From assembly GCA_964016885.1 (NCBI GenBank), contig OZ024741.1:170624001-170688000 (forward strand): a DNA stretch of 64,000 nucleotides. Reading direction: 5' to 3'. The notes under the pieces were generated by a model. It had not been told where the DNA came from, made no database searches, and was given only the letters and a program-made list of their open reading frames with translations. The DNA is from Eledone cirrhosa. Lineage: Eukaryota. This document shows positions 61,799-64,000 of this stretch, in pieces (the first letter of the stretch is position 1; each line of letters opens with the position of its first letter). Both the position numbers and the translations under genes were made by a program.

Positions 61799-62315
61799 TT
61801 AGAACACTGGTGGTTACCAGCCATAGTAGTAGACCATTCAGTTCATGGGACGAGATTGGTAGAAGCAGTTCCACAACAGTTAATGCACCATTTGCGAGAA
61901 AATTATTAGGATTATATTTTTTTATATGTAAAGGAAATAGAGGTTATTATTGGGGTCGATAAAATAAAGTACCAGTAATTGCTGGCCTTGTGCCTAAAGT
62001 AGAAACAATTATTAGGGTGGAAGAAAATTTAAGGATGATTTTAAGAAAAGATATATTAAAGTTATTAACAGAATATTTATAGGAATGTACGTATATAATT
62101 GTACGGAACATATTTGTGAGGGTGTAGAGAGAATGAAATAATTATATTTATTTTTATTTATTTTATTATTTAATTATATATTTTTGAAGTATTTATAATA
62201 TAATGTGTGAATTATAAATATATGTGTTAAAATGAGAGCATACTAATTTAAAACGTGAAAGATATCCTGTATTCATATATACGATTGGGTCAATTCTATT
62301 GGTGTGTTTTAATAT

Positions 62316-62677
62316 TATGAAGATTGCAGTTATAAATATATGTTATGAAGATTACAGTTATAAGTATATTTTATGAAGATTGCAGTTATAAGTATATTTT
62401 ATGAAGATTGCATGTTATAAGTATATTTTATGAAGATTACAGTTATAAGTATATTTTATGAAGATTACAGTTATAAGTATATTTTATGAAGATTGCAGTT
62501 ATAAGTATATTTTATGAAGATTGCAATTATAAGTATATTTTATGAAGATTGCAGTTATAAGTATATTTTATGAAGATTACAGTTATAAGTATATTTTATG
62601 AAGATTGCATGTTATAAGTATATTTTATGAAGATTGCAATTATAAGTATATTTTATGAATATTGCAGTTATAAGTAT
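62316..62677. repeat. 28-bp minisatellite, about 13 copies
   Basis: Unit TATGAAGATTRCAGTTATAAGTATATTT. Confidence 0.95.
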
Positions 62678-62845
62678 CGGTAGAAGGTCGGACGCCATGC
62701 TTTGCAGCAAAGAGTTACGGCCCTTTATGTTCAAATCCCGCCGAGCTTAACTTTGCCTTTCATCCTTACGGGGTCGATAAAATAAAGTACCAGTAATACA
62801 CTGGAATAATTGCTGGCCTTGTGCCAAAAGTAGAAACAATTATAT
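62673..62845 (+). mobile_element. SINE copy abutting the minisatellite
   Basis: AGTATCGGTAGAAGGTCGGACGCC..GTTCAAATCCCGCC..core..tail. Confidence 0.85.
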
Positions 62846-63554
62846 TATAAGAGGTTATTTGTAGATATATATAAATAGTTTTAGTGAGTATATATGTTAT
62901 TTATTTAATAGATAAATAATTTAGATAGCTTTATATAAGAAGAGTTATAATATGTTGGGCGAAGATAAGTTTACATTTTCAGTATATGGCTTAAGAATAT
63001 GGAAGTAGTTCTATTTTAGTATAGAAGATGTATATTATTTTGTATATTCTATAGTGGCATCAAGATAGAAATAAATTTACGAAATTTTAATATTTTGTAA
63101 AGTTTAAATGTTACGTAGATATTAGATGTTTCTTTTCAAAGGAAAAGATAACTTTAATTTTTCTTAGTTTACAGAGTTAAGTTATAGTTATATTTATCAT
63201 TTAGTCTCAAATTTACTTTCAACTTATATTCTAATTGTAGTATATGGAAAAATTATTTTATATATGATTTTAGAGTATCATATATTTCATATGTTCTAAG
63301 ATGAAAATTTTAAAGTATATATTTTGATAACATTACTTATACCTAAGCATAAATTTGATGATATTACGTATTTGAATGTATGGATTTAAAATACCCTATA
63401 AAGCCTATTAGAAAAAAATCAAGGAACATCAAAAATACCTTCAAAAATATACTTAAAAACATTAAAAATCAAGAAAAAAAATCACAAAAAACAGCTAAGA
63501 CATATAAAATGTAACTGGGCAAGGTATAGAGGTTATATATAATATTTTCTATAG

Positions 63555-63843
63555 ATTATAGATACTTCTAAAAGTCTTAGAGGGTCAATGAAAACAAGAG
63601 TTAAATAAATCTTTCTTTTTTTTTCATAGCATTCAAATTCTCGAGAGAGCCATATTCCGGTATGCGGGCGCTTTCGAATTCGTTCTCCAAGAGATTGAAT
63701 AGTCAATATTGTCTTTTAAGGACCAAATTAAATGTGAAAGTGTTGTTGAACATTTTTTGTCCGATCTATTAAATGTGTGTTTAAAGAATTATTTAACTCT
63801 TGTTTGCATCGACAGTCTAAGACTTTTAGAAGTATCTATAATT
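63555..63843 (-). pseudogene. PLE GIY-YIG fragment bounded by about 55-bp inverted repeats
   Basis: Minus-strand translation KHTFNRSDKKCSTTLSHL/WSLKDNIDYSISWRTNSKAPAYRN; 63555-63610 is inverted relative to 63787-63843. Confidence 0.6.
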
Positions 63844-64000
63844 GTTGAGTGCTTCTAATCTGTTATAAACTAAATTTGCTGAATAATCAATAAATTAAAT
63901 AACTCATTGCTTATATATATATATATATATGTGTGTATATATAGGTTTCAGTGGTGCCCATATCAAGTATAATATCCTATGTCTTGCAATCATATGCCTA

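Noticed and set aside
62316-62677. Regular 28-bp repeats as a CRISPR array
   Set aside because: No unique spacers, no cas genes, eukaryotic context

Overview
Eukaryotic, AT-rich, repeat-dense intergenic or intronic DNA with no recognisable host gene. The SINE family and microsatellite load suggest a coleoid cephalopod such as an octopus, which is an inference. Bases 3.2-31 kb form a cluster of retrotransposons at (TAA)n/(TTA)n microsatellites. It holds four copies of one R4/Dong-like restriction-like-endonuclease (RLE) non-LTR element: one has an intact 1216-aa ORF, and three lie in tandem, including an apparently exact 3991-bp duplication. It also holds a second, decayed R4/Dong-like family and a full-length Tx1/L1-clade element in the opposite orientation. 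The rest contains a near full-length decayed Helitron (about 45.3-50.2 kb), many tRNA-headed SINEs, several Penelope-like element (PLE) remnants and long fold-back palindromes. The most striking non-coding signal is about 11 type I hammerhead-ribozyme motifs in at least five sequence families, several with covarying stems. They are associated with PLE termini and with short non-coding repeats in (TA)n tracts. All comparisons were made by eye, so boundaries are approximate.
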